Shown here: one piece after another, positions 9,205 to 18,323 of the stretch | Numbering within the stretch: the first letter of the stretch is position 1 | How the letters are laid out: every line of letters starts with the position of its first letter | DNA from: an uncultured bacterium | Lineage (GTDB): Bacteria; RBG-13-66-14; B26-G2; WVWN01 | Direction: 5' to 3' | Assembly: GCA_964563535.1 (NCBI GenBank) | Contig: CAZLXP010000002.1 | Span: forward strand, 20,567-72,921 | Length of the DNA: 52,355 nt | Notes under the pieces: generated by a model | What the model was told of the DNA's origin: nothing | Seen by the model: the letters and a program-made list of their open reading frames with translations, nothing else | Database searches by the model: none | Program-made: the position numbers and the translations under genes

Positions 9205-9996
9205 CTAGATGATTCCCCGGTCGATAAGTTTTTCCGCCACCGTCCTGGCGGCGTCCGCGGGCTCGCCGGGTATGATATCGCCGCCCGCGCGCGCCGGCGG
9301 CCGGTATATGCGCTCGAGTTTCGAAAAAGAGCCCGTCGACCCTACTTTATCTTTATCGAGACCTAATGCCGCGGCGTCCCAGGTCGGGATTTCGACTTTT
9401 TTGGCTTTTCTTATCCCCATAAGCGAGGGGTAACGCGGCTCGTTAATCTCTTTGACTACCGAGATTACGGCCGGGAGGGGAGCGCGGACGATTTCGCGGC
9501 CGGCTTCCAATAATCGTTCCACCTTCACCGTCTTGGCGTCGAAATCTACCTCGTCGATTTTCGCGACGAAGTTGAGCATGGGGAGCTCGAGGAGGGCCGC
9601 GACGCGGGGAGCGACCTGGCCGGTGTCGCCGTCGAAGGTCGTTTTGCCGAATAACAGGATGTCGTACGCGCCGACGTTTTCCGCGGCCCTCGCGAGGACG
9701 AACGCCGTGGCCCACGTATCGCCGCCGTCGAAAGCTTCGTCCCGCAGGTGTACGGCGGCGTCGCAGCCCATCGCGAGCGCCGTGCGCAGCGCCTCGTCGG
9801 CGGAGAGCGGCCCTATCGTCAACGCCGTCACCGTTCCGCCGTGGGCTTCCTTTAGGCGGACGGCTTCTTCGATGGCGAACTCGTCGAAGGGGTTAACGAT
9901 GAGGGGGACGCCCTCGCGTTTTATTGCGCCGGCGTCGAAATCTACCTGGAGCTCTTGGGTATCGGGAACTTGTTTTATACAAACGACGGCGTGCAT
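9205..9996 (-). CDS. etfB: Electron transfer flavoprotein beta subunit
   Basis: MHAVVCIKQVPD... is the canonical EtfB N-terminus. The ATG at 9996 is preceded by GAGGAGG, so the tracked 10053 start is an upstream extension. It contains DGDTGQVAP. Confidence 0.9.
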   Translation of the reverse strand: MHAVVCIKQVPDTQELQVDFDAGAIKREGVPLIVNPFDEFAIEEAVRLKEAHGGTVTALTIGPLSADEALRTALAMGCDAAVHLRDEAFDGGDTWATAFVLARAAENVGAYDILLFGKTTFDGDTGQVAPRVAALLELPMLNFVAKIDEVDFDAKTVKVERLLEAGREIVRAPLPAVISVVKEINEPRYPSLMGIRKAKKVEIPTWDAAALGLDKDKVGSTGSFSKLERIYRPPARAGGDIIPGEPADAARTVAEKLIDRGII

Positions 9997-10024
9997 AAAA
10001 GCCTCCTCGGAAGCTAAACGCGCC

Positions 10025-10053
10025 ATTATATAGAACGGGTTTCGCGAAATCAA
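10025..10053 (-). promoter_or_regulatory. Predicted sigma70-type promoter of etfBA
   Basis: The minus strand reads TTGATT (10053..10048), a 17-nt spacer, then TATAAT (10030..10025). It lies about 30 nt upstream of the etfB ATG. Confidence 0.55.
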
Positions 10054-10250
10054 GGTAAAATAGTCTAAGGTGAAGCGCGAACGATGCGCGCGTCGGATTC
10101 GTCTTAATAATCGCCCGAAGCGATTATCGTATGGCGCGCGTAATAAAGGCGAAACGTCGAGGCATAGATGGCGGCGCGTTGAGGAGCGCCGGCTAGCACG
10201 GGCTTAAGAGCAAGGCGATCGGAAAGGGCGACCTCTCGGGCCGCTCTTTT

Positions 10251-11309
10251 CTAAGCAGCGTCCGGGAGGGGCTGCCATCGTCGCTTGAACCGCAGCGCCA
10301 CGTTCACCAGGCTGATGAGCACCGGGACTTCGACCAACGGGCCGATTACCGCGGCGAACGCCGCGCCCGAATCCAGGCCGAAGACCGCGACGGCGACGGC
10401 GATGGCAAGCTCGAAGTTGTTGGAGGCCGCGGTAAAGGAGAGGGTTACGGATTGCGCGTAATTCGCGCCCAGCTTCTTGCTCATGGCGAAAGAGACGAAG
10501 AACATCAGGACGAAATATATTACCAGCGGTACGGCGATCCGTAACACGTCCAACGGGATTTTGACGATATATTCCCCTTTCAAGGAGAACATAACTACGA
10601 TCGTGAACAGGAGCGCGACGAGCGTTACGGGGGATAGCTTCGGGATAATCCGGCTCTCGTACCATTCGCGACCCCGGAATTTGAGGAACGTAAACCTCGT
10701 TATTACGCCCGCCGTGAAAGGCACGCCCAGATATATAAATACGCTTTTAGCAATCTGGCCGATCGTTACGTCTACGGTCGCGCCTTTAAGGCCCAGCCAC
10801 GCCGGCAACACCGTTACGAATACATACGCGTAAACCGAATAGAAGATAACCTGGAACAACGAGTTCAACGCCACGAGGCCGGCGGCGTATTCGGCGTCCC
10901 CGCCCGCCAGGTCGTTCCACACTATGACCATCGCGATGCATCGCGCGAGGCCTATCATTATCAGGCCGACCATATACTCCGGATGGCTTCGCAGAAATAT
11001 TACGGCGAGGGCGAACATTAGGACCGGGCCGATTACCCAGTTCTGAACCAGCGACAGGCTCAACACGCGAACGTTGCGAAATACGCGGCCCATCTCCTCG
11101 TAGCGGACCTTCGCCAACGGCGGATACATCATCAATATAAGGCCTACGGCGATGGGGATGGAAGTTGTTCCGACCTGGAGGCCGGTGATGAAGGTGGTTA
11201 CGGCGGGCAGCACGTAGCCGATGCCGACGCCCGCCGCCATCGCGACGAAGATCCACAACGTGAGGAAGCGGTCGAGGAGGGAGAGCTTTCCCGGTCCCGC
11301 GCGGGCCAT
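10251..11309 (-). CDS. acr3: ACR3-family arsenite efflux permease
   Basis: 352 aa, polytopic. [13 protein letters not shown]... and ...[17 protein letters not shown]... are typical Acr3 signatures. It lies downstream of arsR. Confidence 0.9.
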   Translation of the reverse strand: MARAGPGKLSLLDRFLTLWIFVAMAAGVGIGYVLPAVTTFITGLQVGTTSIPIAVGLILMMYPPLAKVRYEEMGRVFRNVRVLSLSLVQNWVIGPVLMFALAVIFLRSHPEYMVGLIMIGLARCIAMVIVWNDLAGGDAEYAAGLVALNSLFQVIFYSVYAYVFVTVLPAWLGLKGATVDVTIGQIAKSVFIYLGVPFTAGVITRFTFLKFRGREWYESRIIPKLSPVTLVALLFTIVVMFSLKGEYIVKIPLDVLRIAVPLVIYFVLMFFVSFAMSKKLGANYAQSVTLSFTAASNNFELAIAVAVAVFGLDSGAAFAAVIGPLVEVPVLISLVNVALRFKRRWQPLPDAA

Positions 11310-11440
11310 ATCTTACGCTCCTTATAACGGCGGGAATTCGCTCGCTGCGCTCTTACGCTCGCCGGCATGAAGGCCCCTTCGGCGAGCGGCCTTTCAAACT
11401 GGCTCGGGCCTTACGCGGCTTTTACCCGGGCCCACGCCCT

Positions 11441-11683
11441 CTATTTCGACCCTTTTTTGAGAAGGTCCTTTGCTTCGCGCGGCGACGGGATGCGGCCCTG
11501 GAACACTACCTTACCGTCGACCGCCACCGCGGGCGTCGTCATAATGCCCCGGTCCGCGATGGCGGCTACGTCGGTGACGTATTGAATATCCGCCGGGATA
11601 TCGAGTTCGGCCGCGGCGTTTATTATGTTGCGGAAAGTTTGCTCACACCGCGGGCAACCGGGTCCGAAAATTTCTACTTTCAT
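11441..11683 (-). CDS. Small thioredoxin-fold protein (redox-active disulfide protein 2 type, CPRC)
   Basis: 80 aa. MKVEIFGPGCPRCEQT... is the typical N-terminus of this family. It sits between arsR and acr3. Confidence 0.8.
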   Translation of the reverse strand: MKVEIFGPGCPRCEQTFRNIINAAAELDIPADIQYVTDVAAIADRGIMTTPAVAVDGKVVFQGRIPSPREAKDLLKKGSK

Positions 11684-11727
11684 GGTACCTCCTGCCGATA
11701 AACCGTTGCGACCTTGAACGTGGCGTG

Positions 11728-12126
11728 CTATTCCCGGCCCGCCCGGGCGGCCGCGGCCGGCGCCCGCCGGGACGGCGTTTTACGGCCCGGGTTGCACTTT
11801 TTGATGCGCGACCGGTCGGCCTTGGCCAACGCCCTGGCGTCTTTTTGGAGGAGTTCGTCCTGCGCGGCCAAATTTTTAACCAACCGGATGAAGGGGGCCG
11901 TTCGCGGATCGCGGTTCAACGCGTAATCGGTCCAGGCGCCGCGCCGTTCGCTGGTCACCAGCGCCGCGTCCTTAAGTACGCGGAGGTGACGCGAGAGGTT
12001 AGGTTGGTTAAGCGACAACGCTTGGGCCAACTCGCAGACGCACGCCGGCCGCGACGCCAGCGCCGCCAGGATGCGCAGGCGGTTGGGTTCGGCTAGGGCC
12101 TTAAATATTTCCGCGCTTTTTTTCAT
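11728..12126 (-). CDS. arsR: ArsR/SmtB-family metalloregulator
   Basis: 132 aa. Winged-helix pattern ...FKALAEPNRLRILAAL...PACVCELAQAL..., including the CVC arsenite-sensing motif. It carries a basic C-terminal tail. Confidence 0.88.
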   Translation of the reverse strand: MKKSAEIFKALAEPNRLRILAALASRPACVCELAQALSLNQPNLSRHLRVLKDAALVTSERRGAWTDYALNRDPRTAPFIRLVKNLAAQDELLQKDARALAKADRSRIKKCNPGRKTPSRRAPAAAARAGRE

Positions 12127-12171
12127 ATATATATTTATATAATCATATAGTTATTTAATATAAATTATAAA
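12127..12171 (-). promoter_or_regulatory. Nearly pure A/T tract directly upstream of arsR (putative promoter/operator)
   Basis: 45 nt containing only 2 G/C, abutting the arsR ATG. It includes the short inverted repeat TATAT-AATC-ATATA. Confidence 0.4.
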
Positions 12172-12213
12172 CGGCAACCGGACCGGTGTCAACCAAAATT
12201 CGGGGATGCTTTT

Positions 12214-12810
12214 TCAGGCGGGGAGACTTACGTGAGCGAAGCAGCTTAAAGACCACATTACGGCGCCGGCCGCTACGGGCACGGTAAAATTGTCGACCCA
12301 GCCGCGGCTCAAGAGTTCCGCGCCCGCGGCGGCCGCGGCTCCCGCCAGCGCCAACCGCCAATCCAGAAACAACCACCCGGCGGCGAAACATACCCCGAAG
12401 CAAGCGAGCGTTCCCTCCAGCGTTTTCCCGGCGGCGATGCGGACCCGGCCTAAATTGGCGCCCACCAGATGCGCGGCCACGTCGCCGAAAGCTACGTAAA
12501 CGAGCGCCACCCACGCGATAACCTTGGGGAAGATGAGGAGGACGAGGAAGGTGGCGATAAGGTAGGGGATGGTGGCGTTAAGGGTGTGGTATTCCTCCTC
12601 CCGCAGGAGGCGCCCGAAGGCCGCGGCGAACACGCGCGCCGCGGTTTCGTTTTTGAAACGGAGTACTTCCAAAAGCGCGGCCACGGCGACGCCGGCGCCT
12701 ACGACGGCCAACGTCGTAGTTTTTGAAAAAAAGCCGAAGTAGTATAGGGCCGGGAGAACTATCCCTAAAAGGTGCCAGCCTTTACGTAAGAGAACGTTTA
12801 TTAATGACAT
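12214..12810 (-). CDS. CdsA/DGK1/VTE5-superfamily CTP-dependent lipid (polyprenol/diacylglycerol) kinase-like membrane protein
   Basis: 198 aa, multi-TM. GDVAAHLVGANLGRVRIAAGKTLEGTLACF resembles the C-terminal signature of this superfamily. Confidence 0.5.
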   Translation of the reverse strand: MSLINVLLRKGWHLLGIVLPALYYFGFFSKTTTLAVVGAGVAVAALLEVLRFKNETAARVFAAAFGRLLREEEYHTLNATIPYLIATFLVLLIFPKVIAWVALVYVAFGDVAAHLVGANLGRVRIAAGKTLEGTLACFGVCFAAGWLFLDWRLALAGAAAAAGAELLSRGWVDNFTVPVAAGAVMWSLSCFAHVSLPA

Positions 12811-12933
12811 GGCAACGCCGCCGCGTTCGGACGCCGGGTTACGCGTAATAAGCGCCGAAGTATACGATACGTTTTATCGACGCTGCGAAAAAAAGAGTGG
12901 CTTTCGGTTTTTTATGGTAAAGTATATTTCGAT

Positions 12934-13230
12934 ATGCGTGATTTTACGGGCATAGCGAAAATGTTGCCGGCTCTCGACGAGGAGGACGTCGGGCGCCTCC
13001 TGGCGTACGTGGAAAGCATCGAGAACCTGGGAGCGCGTCTTGACGACCTCATGGATTTCGTCGAGCTAGGCCGACCCGATCTCCGAAGCATCATAGCGGC
13101 CATCGCGCGTTCCTATAAAAGCGAGGGTGCCGCCACCGTCGAAGCCGTTACGACGGGCATATTGACCTTCCTTTTATTTATGGATCGGGCGTGGGCGGAC
13201 CTTTACGGCGACGCCTGGCCGGTACATTAA
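12934..13230 (+). CDS. Hypothetical protein
   Basis: 98-aa ORF with an ATG start, ending 14 nt before gltX. No recognisable motifs. Confidence 0.4.
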   Translation: MRDFTGIAKMLPALDEEDVGRLLAYVESIENLGARLDDLMDFVELGRPDLRSIIAAIARSYKSEGAATVEAVTTGILTFLLFMDRAWADLYGDAWPVH

Positions 13231-13244
13231 AGGTTGGCTTTACG

Positions 13245-14741
13245 ATGACGAAAGCTATACGGGTCAGGTTCGCGCCCGCGCCGACGGGACACCTACACGT
13301 CGGCGGCGCCCGCACCGCGCTGTTCAACTACCTCTTCGCCCGGCGCCACCAGGGGGTTTTTATCCTCCGGGTTGAGGATACGGACCCGGCCCGCTCGAGC
13401 GACGAGTACTACCGCTCCATAATCGACGCCCTTAGTTGGCTCGGCCTGGAATGGGATGAGGGCCCGGAAATAGGGGGTACCTACGGCCCCTACCGCCAAT
13501 CCGAACGCCGGCCCATCTACGACGAGCACCTGCGAAAACTCCGCGCCGGGGACGCGGCGTACGAGTGTTTCTGCACGTCCGAAGAGCTGGAAGAGCGGCG
13601 GAAGAACATGCGGGACGCTGGCGCAGCGCCCCGGTACGACGGCCGGTGCGCCGATCTTTCGCCGGCCGAACGGGCCCGTTTGGCGAAACAGGGCCTAAAA
13701 CCTTGCCTTCGCTTTCGCTTGGACCCGAAGGCCGACCTGGCTTTCGACGACCTGATTCGGGGGCGCGTCGAAATCAAAGCCGCCGACCTGGACGATTTCG
13801 TGATCGCGCGCCCGGACGGCCTGCCGACGTATAACTTCGTGTGCGCCGTGGACGACGCGACGATGGCGATAAGCCACGTCATAAGGGGCGAGGACCACAT
13901 CTCGAATACGCCCCGCCAAATAGCCGTTTACCGCGCGCTGGGGCTCGAGCCGCCGGTTTTCGCTCACGTGCCGTTGCTCTTGGGGCCGGACAAGAGCAGG
14001 TTGTCTAAGCGGCACGGCGCCAAGCCGGTCCTGGAATACAAGGAAGACGGGTACCTGCCGGAGGCGTTCGTCAATTTCCTCGCCTTGCTCGGTTGGTCGT
14101 ACGACGACGCGCGCGAACTTTTTACGCTGGAGGAGCTTAAGAAGGCATTCTCGCTCGAGCGCGTAACCAAAAAGGGGGCCGTATTCGACGCCGACAAGCT
14201 TACATGGATGAACGGCGTTTACCTCCGGAAGCTGTCGGGAGACGAGTTGTTCGTGCGGTCGCGGCCGTGGCTCGAGAAGGCGGGTTTCGTAGGGGAGGAA
14301 GACGACGCCCGGGCGGCGCTCGCCCGGGCGGCGCTGGCCCTCGAGCGCGAAAAAATTAAAACGCTTAGCGAAGCGCCCTCCCTCGTCCAGTTCTTTTTCA
14401 CGGGAAAAATAGAGTACGACGAGCGGGCCGCCGAGAGTCTCTTAAAACTTCCCGGCGGCGCCGACGTGTTGCGAGACGTCGCCGAGGCGTGCGCCGCGCT
14501 GCCTGATTTCACGGCGGAGGTTTTGGAAAAAACGGTCCGCGCGCTGGCGAAAGAAAAAGGGGTGAGCGCGGCCAAAGTCATACACGCTATGCGCGCCGCG
14601 TTGTCGGGGAGGACCGCCGGGCCGTCGCTATTCGAAATGGCGGCGCTGATGGGCCGGCGACAAGTTGTTGAAAGGCTGTTAGAGGCCAGTCGGTTTATAA
14701 AAGGGAAAGGGATTAGTTCTGAAGCCGCCCCGGTAGAATGA
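13245..14741 (+). CDS. gltX: Glutamate--tRNA ligase
   Basis: MTKAIRVRFAPAPTGHLHVGGARTALFNY (HIGH motif) and LSKRHG (KMSKS variant). The ATG at 13245 is preferred over the tracked 13191 extension. Confidence 0.93.
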   Translation: MTKAIRVRFAPAPTGHLHVGGARTALFNYLFARRHQGVFILRVEDTDPARSSDEYYRSIIDALSWLGLEWDEGPEIGGTYGPYRQSERRPIYDEHLRKLRAGDAAYECFCTSEELEERRKNMRDAGAAPRYDGRCADLSPAERARLAKQGLKPCLRFRLDPKADLAFDDLIRGRVEIKAADLDDFVIARPDGLPTYNFVCAVDDATMAISHVIRGEDHISNTPRQIAVYRALGLEPPVFAHVPLLLGPDKSRLSKRHGAKPVLEYKEDGYLPEAFVNFLALLGWSYDDARELFTLEELKKAFSLERVTKKGAVFDADKLTWMNGVYLRKLSGDELFVRSRPWLEKAGFVGEEDDARAALARAALALEREKIKTLSEAPSLVQFFFTGKIEYDERAAESLLKLPGGADVLRDVAEACAALPDFTAEVLEKTVRALAKEKGVSAAKVIHAMRAALSGRTAGPSLFEMAALMGRRQVVERLLEASRFIKGKGISSEAAPVE

Positions 14742-15409
14742 CGTTCGCCCGCGGCATGACTACGAAGTCCGGATTCGGCGGGGAGCTCGTATGGCTTTCC
14801 ACCTTCGGCGTAGCGTTCGGGTACTTGGAAAGCGCCGTCGTAGTGTATCTCCGGACGATCGCGTACGCGGGCAGTTTTTCGTTTCCGCTCCAGCCGATAC
14901 CCCCTTTAATACTTGGGACGGAAATAGGCCGGGAAGCGGCGACGCTGGCGATGCTGGCCGCGGCGGCGCTCGCCCCGGGCGGCAGACGGCTTTTAAAGCT
15001 CGCGCGTTTCGTTTATTGTTTCGGCCTGTGGGACGTCTTTTACTACGTGGGTTTAAAGGCACTTCTGGGTTGGCCGCCGTCGGCCTTCACCTGGGACATA
15101 CTATTTTTGATTCCGGTGCCTTGGTCCGCGCCGGTTCTCGCCCCGGCGTCGGTAGCGGCGTATTTCGCGGTCGTCGGCGCGTACGGCATAATTAGGAGGG
15201 GCGACGTCAAGACTACCGCGTGGCAGGCGGCCTTGGCGGCCGGGGGAGCCGGCCTGATTTTCACAACGTTTTTATGGAACGTGGGACCGTGTATCCGCGC
15301 CGAACCGCCGGCTACGTACCCCTGGCCTTTATTCGGCTTGGGTTTAGCGGCGCTGGTCGCGGCCTTCGTCGCGGCTTTTATTGGAACGCAGCGGCGCCGT
15401 AAAATCTAA
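14738..15409 (+). CDS. Hypothetical integral membrane protein
   Basis: 223 aa, about 6 hydrophobic segments. Its ATG overlaps the gltX TGA (ATGA). Confidence 0.6.
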   Translation: MTFARGMTTKSGFGGELVWLSTFGVAFGYLESAVVVYLRTIAYAGSFSFPLQPIPPLILGTEIGREAATLAMLAAAALAPGGRRLLKLARFVYCFGLWDVFYYVGLKALLGWPPSAFTWDILFLIPVPWSAPVLAPASVAAYFAVVGAYGIIRRGDVKTTAWQAALAAGGAGLIFTTFLWNVGPCIRAEPPATYPWPLFGLGLAALVAAFVAAFIGTQRRRKI

Positions 15410-15425
15410 AATGTGGGTTTTAACC

Positions 15426-15454
15426 TTGACAAGCGAGTTTAACTAGTTTATCTT
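15426..15454 (+). promoter_or_regulatory. Predicted sigma70-type promoter of tRNA-Gln
   Basis: TTGACA (15426..15431), a 17-nt spacer, then TATCTT (15449..15454), 12 nt before the tRNA 5' end. Confidence 0.6.
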
Positions 15455-15466
15455 GGTATTAGCTGT

Positions 15467-15540
15467 TGGGGAGTCGTCTAGGGGTAGGACAGCGGACTCT
15501 GGATCCGTATGCGGGGGTTCGAATCCTCCCTCCCCAGCCA
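15467..15540 (+). tRNA. tRNA-Gln (anticodon CTG), CCA encoded
   Basis: Hand-folded cloverleaf: acceptor TGGGGAG/CTCCCCA, anticodon stem GCGGA/TCCGT with loop CTCTGGA, T-arm GGGGG-TTCGAAT-CCTCC, discriminator G, then CCA. 74 nt. Confidence 0.9.
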
Positions 15541-15613
15541 AAATAAACGCCCACGCGGGCGAGGGCCTTTGTGGGTTTTTGTTTACCGATTTAAGGTTCG
15601 GAAGGAATGCACG

Positions 15614-17062
15614 ATGAAAATATCGCTAGTCGAACCGGAACCTGCCGATTTTAATATCTACACTAAATTCCCCCAACCGAGGCTCGGTTTGCCGTTAATC
15701 GCGACGATGTTAGCGCGACGCGGTCACGACGTCGATTTCTACTGCGACAGCGTCGCGAAACGTTCGGCGCGCGATTTTTACGACATTCTCCGCAGCGACT
15801 TGGTGGGCATTTCGATAACGACCTCCACCGCCCCGGCGGGGTACCGCTTAGGTCGGACTTTGAAATTAGCCAAGGTGCCCGTAGTATTCGGCGGCGCGCA
15901 CGCGACCTATTGCCCGGAGGAAGCGCTCCGATACGGCGATTACGTCGTTCGGGGCGAGGGCGAATACGCCGCCCTTGAGCTCGTGGAGGCTCTGGCGGCG
16001 GGGGCTTCGCCGGTCGGCATTAAGAATTTATCTTACCGGGTCGACGGCGGGGCGGTGCACGAACCGCTGCGGCCGCCGGTGGAACGGCTCGAGGACCTGC
16101 CGTGGCCCGATTTCTCTTTGATGAAGGGCGCGCGCCGAATGCATGTATATCCCATCGCGACGAGCCGGGGTTGCCCGCGCCATTGCGATTTCTGCGCCGT
16201 TACGCCGTTATTCGGCCACAAGGTCAGGCGCCGGGCGCCGGAAGACGCGATCGAGGAAGTCCGGCGCATAAGCCAACGGGATATGTTCATCGTGGACGAT
16301 AATTTTACGGGGAATCGTCGATACGTGCGCGAGCTTCTCGAGGGGTTTGCCCGCCTGAAGGGTGCGCCGCGATGGATGGCGCAGGCGGGTGTAGACATCG
16401 GCCGCGACGAAGAACTGGTGCGATTGATGAGGCGGGCCGGGTGCGAGAGGCTGGCGGTCGGTTTCGAATCCGTAAACGACGATACTTTAGCGGGGTACGG
16501 TAAAGGTCAAACTTGCGACGACGTCGTCCGCTGTATAGAAATGCTACGTAAATACGGTATATGGATTCACGGCATGTTTATGCTGGGGGGCGACGCGGAC
16601 GGGCCGGATGCGGCCGCCAAAACGGTAGCGTTTACGAAAAAGCATAATATCGATTCGGTACAATTCCTGGCGTTAACGCCCATCCCCGGGACCAACCTCT
16701 ACGATCGTCTTGAGCGGGAAGGGCGCGTATTCACCCGCGATTGGGCGCTATACGACGGCCATCACGTCGTTATCGAGCCGGCCCGCATGACGCCGCTCGA
16801 GTTGCAATTGGGTTTGATTAAAGCGACGCGGGAGTTTTATTCTTTCCGGCGGGTCTTGCGCGAAGTCCGACGCTTCCACTGGTTCGCCGCGGTTACGACG
16901 GTCTACGGCCACCGGTTGGTGCGGAAGTGGCAGCGGCGGAAGGGCGAGTTGTTGAAAGTACTGGAACGCCGCAACCTGAACCGCGCCAAAAGGATTCCAT
17001 CCGGTTTAACCCGAAAAAACGTCCCGGCCGACCCGATTCAGAAAACCGCGGCGCCGCCGTAA
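15614..17062 (+). CDS. B12-binding-domain radical SAM protein
   Basis: N-terminal cobalamin-binding-like domain followed by ATSRGCPRHCDFCAV (Cx3Cx2C). The ATG at 15614 has a GGAAGGA RBS. The tracked 15509 start would run through the tRNA-Gln gene. Confidence 0.85.
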   Translation: MKISLVEPEPADFNIYTKFPQPRLGLPLIATMLARRGHDVDFYCDSVAKRSARDFYDILRSDLVGISITTSTAPAGYRLGRTLKLAKVPVVFGGAHATYCPEEALRYGDYVVRGEGEYAALELVEALAAGASPVGIKNLSYRVDGGAVHEPLRPPVERLEDLPWPDFSLMKGARRMHVYPIATSRGCPRHCDFCAVTPLFGHKVRRRAPEDAIEEVRRISQRDMFIVDDNFTGNRRYVRELLEGFARLKGAPRWMAQAGVDIGRDEELVRLMRRAGCERLAVGFESVNDDTLAGYGKGQTCDDVVRCIEMLRKYGIWIHGMFMLGGDADGPDAAAKTVAFTKKHNIDSVQFLALTPIPGTNLYDRLEREGRVFTRDWALYDGHHVVIEPARMTPLELQLGLIKATREFYSFRRVLREVRRFHWFAAVTTVYGHRLVRKWQRRKGELLKVLERRNLNRAKRIPSGLTRKNVPADPIQKTAAPP

Positions 17063-17087
17063 ATCGGCGGCGGAGAGGCGAACGTTG

Positions 17088-17118
17088 AACCGGCTTCAGA
17101 TATGGAAGCCGGTTTTTT
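17088..17118. terminator. Rho-independent terminator between convergent radical SAM genes
   Basis: AACCGGCTTC-AGATATG-GAAGCCGGTT (perfect 10-bp stem) followed by TTTT on the plus strand. Confidence 0.75.
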
Positions 17119-17129
17119 ACGCGCCTGGG

Positions 17130-18287
17130 CTAAATATTGCCGAGCTGCTTAATATCACGAGGGACCGGATTCAGCCCTTTAATCGTAGTCGGCGGCGCAA
17201 GTAAGTGAACGTTGGCCACGCGTATTCTTCTCAGGCCGGCGCCTTTGGCCGCGTCGAAGCATCGCTCGGCGTGCGCCCGCGACGTCGTCGGCAAGTCGTG
17301 CATGCGATGGCAGGGATAGAAGGCGAGCAGGCTGTATGGGATATCCTCGTCGAGCGAGGCTAACCGCCGCGCTATAGCGCCGACCTCTTCCTCATCGATA
17401 TACCCCGGCACGAGGGGCGTACTCGCGACCAAAGGCGGGGGGGAAGGGCGCCGGGGAATGTATTCGGCCAAGAGCGCGACGTTCTCCCACGTTCGCCGGT
17501 TGGATGCGCCGGTCAGCGCCAGGTGTACATTTTCGTCCGCGGCCTTGACGTCTAATTTGACGCAGCCGCCGCTTTCGAGGGCGACCTCCATCATCCGGCG
17601 GGCGCCGCGCGCCGACGCGGAGCCGTTGGTCTCCCAACAGATGCGTAGGATGCGCCCCTCTTTTCGCGCCTCCCGCGACGCCATCCGGGACGCGGCCAGC
17701 GAGTGCTCGAGCTGCGAGGCCGGGTCGCCGCCGAAATAACAGACGCAGGAGGTTTTATCGTCGACGGCGGCGGCGAGCTCGGCCGCGGACGTAGCGCCTT
17801 TCATATAACGGCTGCGAAAATGGCTGTTCTGGCAGAAAAGACAGTCGAACGTGCACGAGTGGTAAAAAACCGCCAAGTTCTTATAACCGAACTCGGGGCC
17901 GTCGCGATAAGCATATTTCGGATAACCGGCCCCCGTCTCCGCCGGGCACACCCACGAAGCCACGCAATTCGTCGGCAGCCAATCGTAATACCAGGATAAG
18001 TAGCCTTGGTTAACGTTCGCGAGGACGCGCAGGCGGCCGTCGCGGTTCTCTACCATGCCGCAGTAACCGCGTTCGCCGTCGGCGACCCGGCAGGAGTTGC
18101 CGCAGCGGCGGCACGGCAACCCTTCCCGCGGGGGGAAAGCGGGTAGGGAATAGCCGGCGCGGGCGCGACGATGCGCCTCCTCCGCAAAGGGCTTTGCCCC
18201 CTCGCGCGCGATTATACAATCGCGGCAGACCGATAGACAACTCGCGACGACGGGGGAAGTGCGGCCGCATAATCGGCACGTACCCAT
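17130..18287 (-). CDS. Radical SAM protein, PflX/PflA-activase-like with Cys-rich N-terminal extension
   Basis: 385 aa. CTFDCLFCQN is a Cx3Cx2C radical SAM motif. N-terminal CRLCGR...CRDC and CRRCGNSC zinc-ribbon-like motifs. Confidence 0.8.
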   Translation of the reverse strand: MGTCRLCGRTSPVVASCLSVCRDCIIAREGAKPFAEEAHRRARAGYSLPAFPPREGLPCRRCGNSCRVADGERGYCGMVENRDGRLRVLANVNQGYLSWYYDWLPTNCVASWVCPAETGAGYPKYAYRDGPEFGYKNLAVFYHSCTFDCLFCQNSHFRSRYMKGATSAAELAAAVDDKTSCVCYFGGDPASQLEHSLAASRMASREARKEGRILRICWETNGSASARGARRMMEVALESGGCVKLDVKAADENVHLALTGASNRRTWENVALLAEYIPRRPSPPPLVASTPLVPGYIDEEEVGAIARRLASLDEDIPYSLLAFYPCHRMHDLPTTSRAHAERCFDAAKGAGLRRIRVANVHLLAPPTTIKGLNPVPRDIKQLGNI

Positions 18288-18323
18288 CAGGTTAACTTTT
18301 TTCTTTAATCACCGACTTAGCTT

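Noticed and set aside
11356-11388. 9-bp inverted repeat CGCTCGCCG...CGGCGAGCG between the trx-like gene and acr3, as an internal terminator.
   Set aside because: There is no U-tract on the transcribed (minus) strand and the genes appear co-oriented in one operon. It is possibly an mRNA-stability or processing hairpin, but there is nothing to distinguish it from chance GC-rich pairing.
15509-15613. N-terminal extensions of tracked ORFs (13191, 15509, 23902, 31216, 38373, 39901, 45940, 47669, 51177, 10053).
   Set aside because: Each extension overlaps the preceding gene, or for 15509 the tRNA-Gln gene. The conserved N-terminus of the family begins at an internal start codon with a better RBS or with stop/start coupling.
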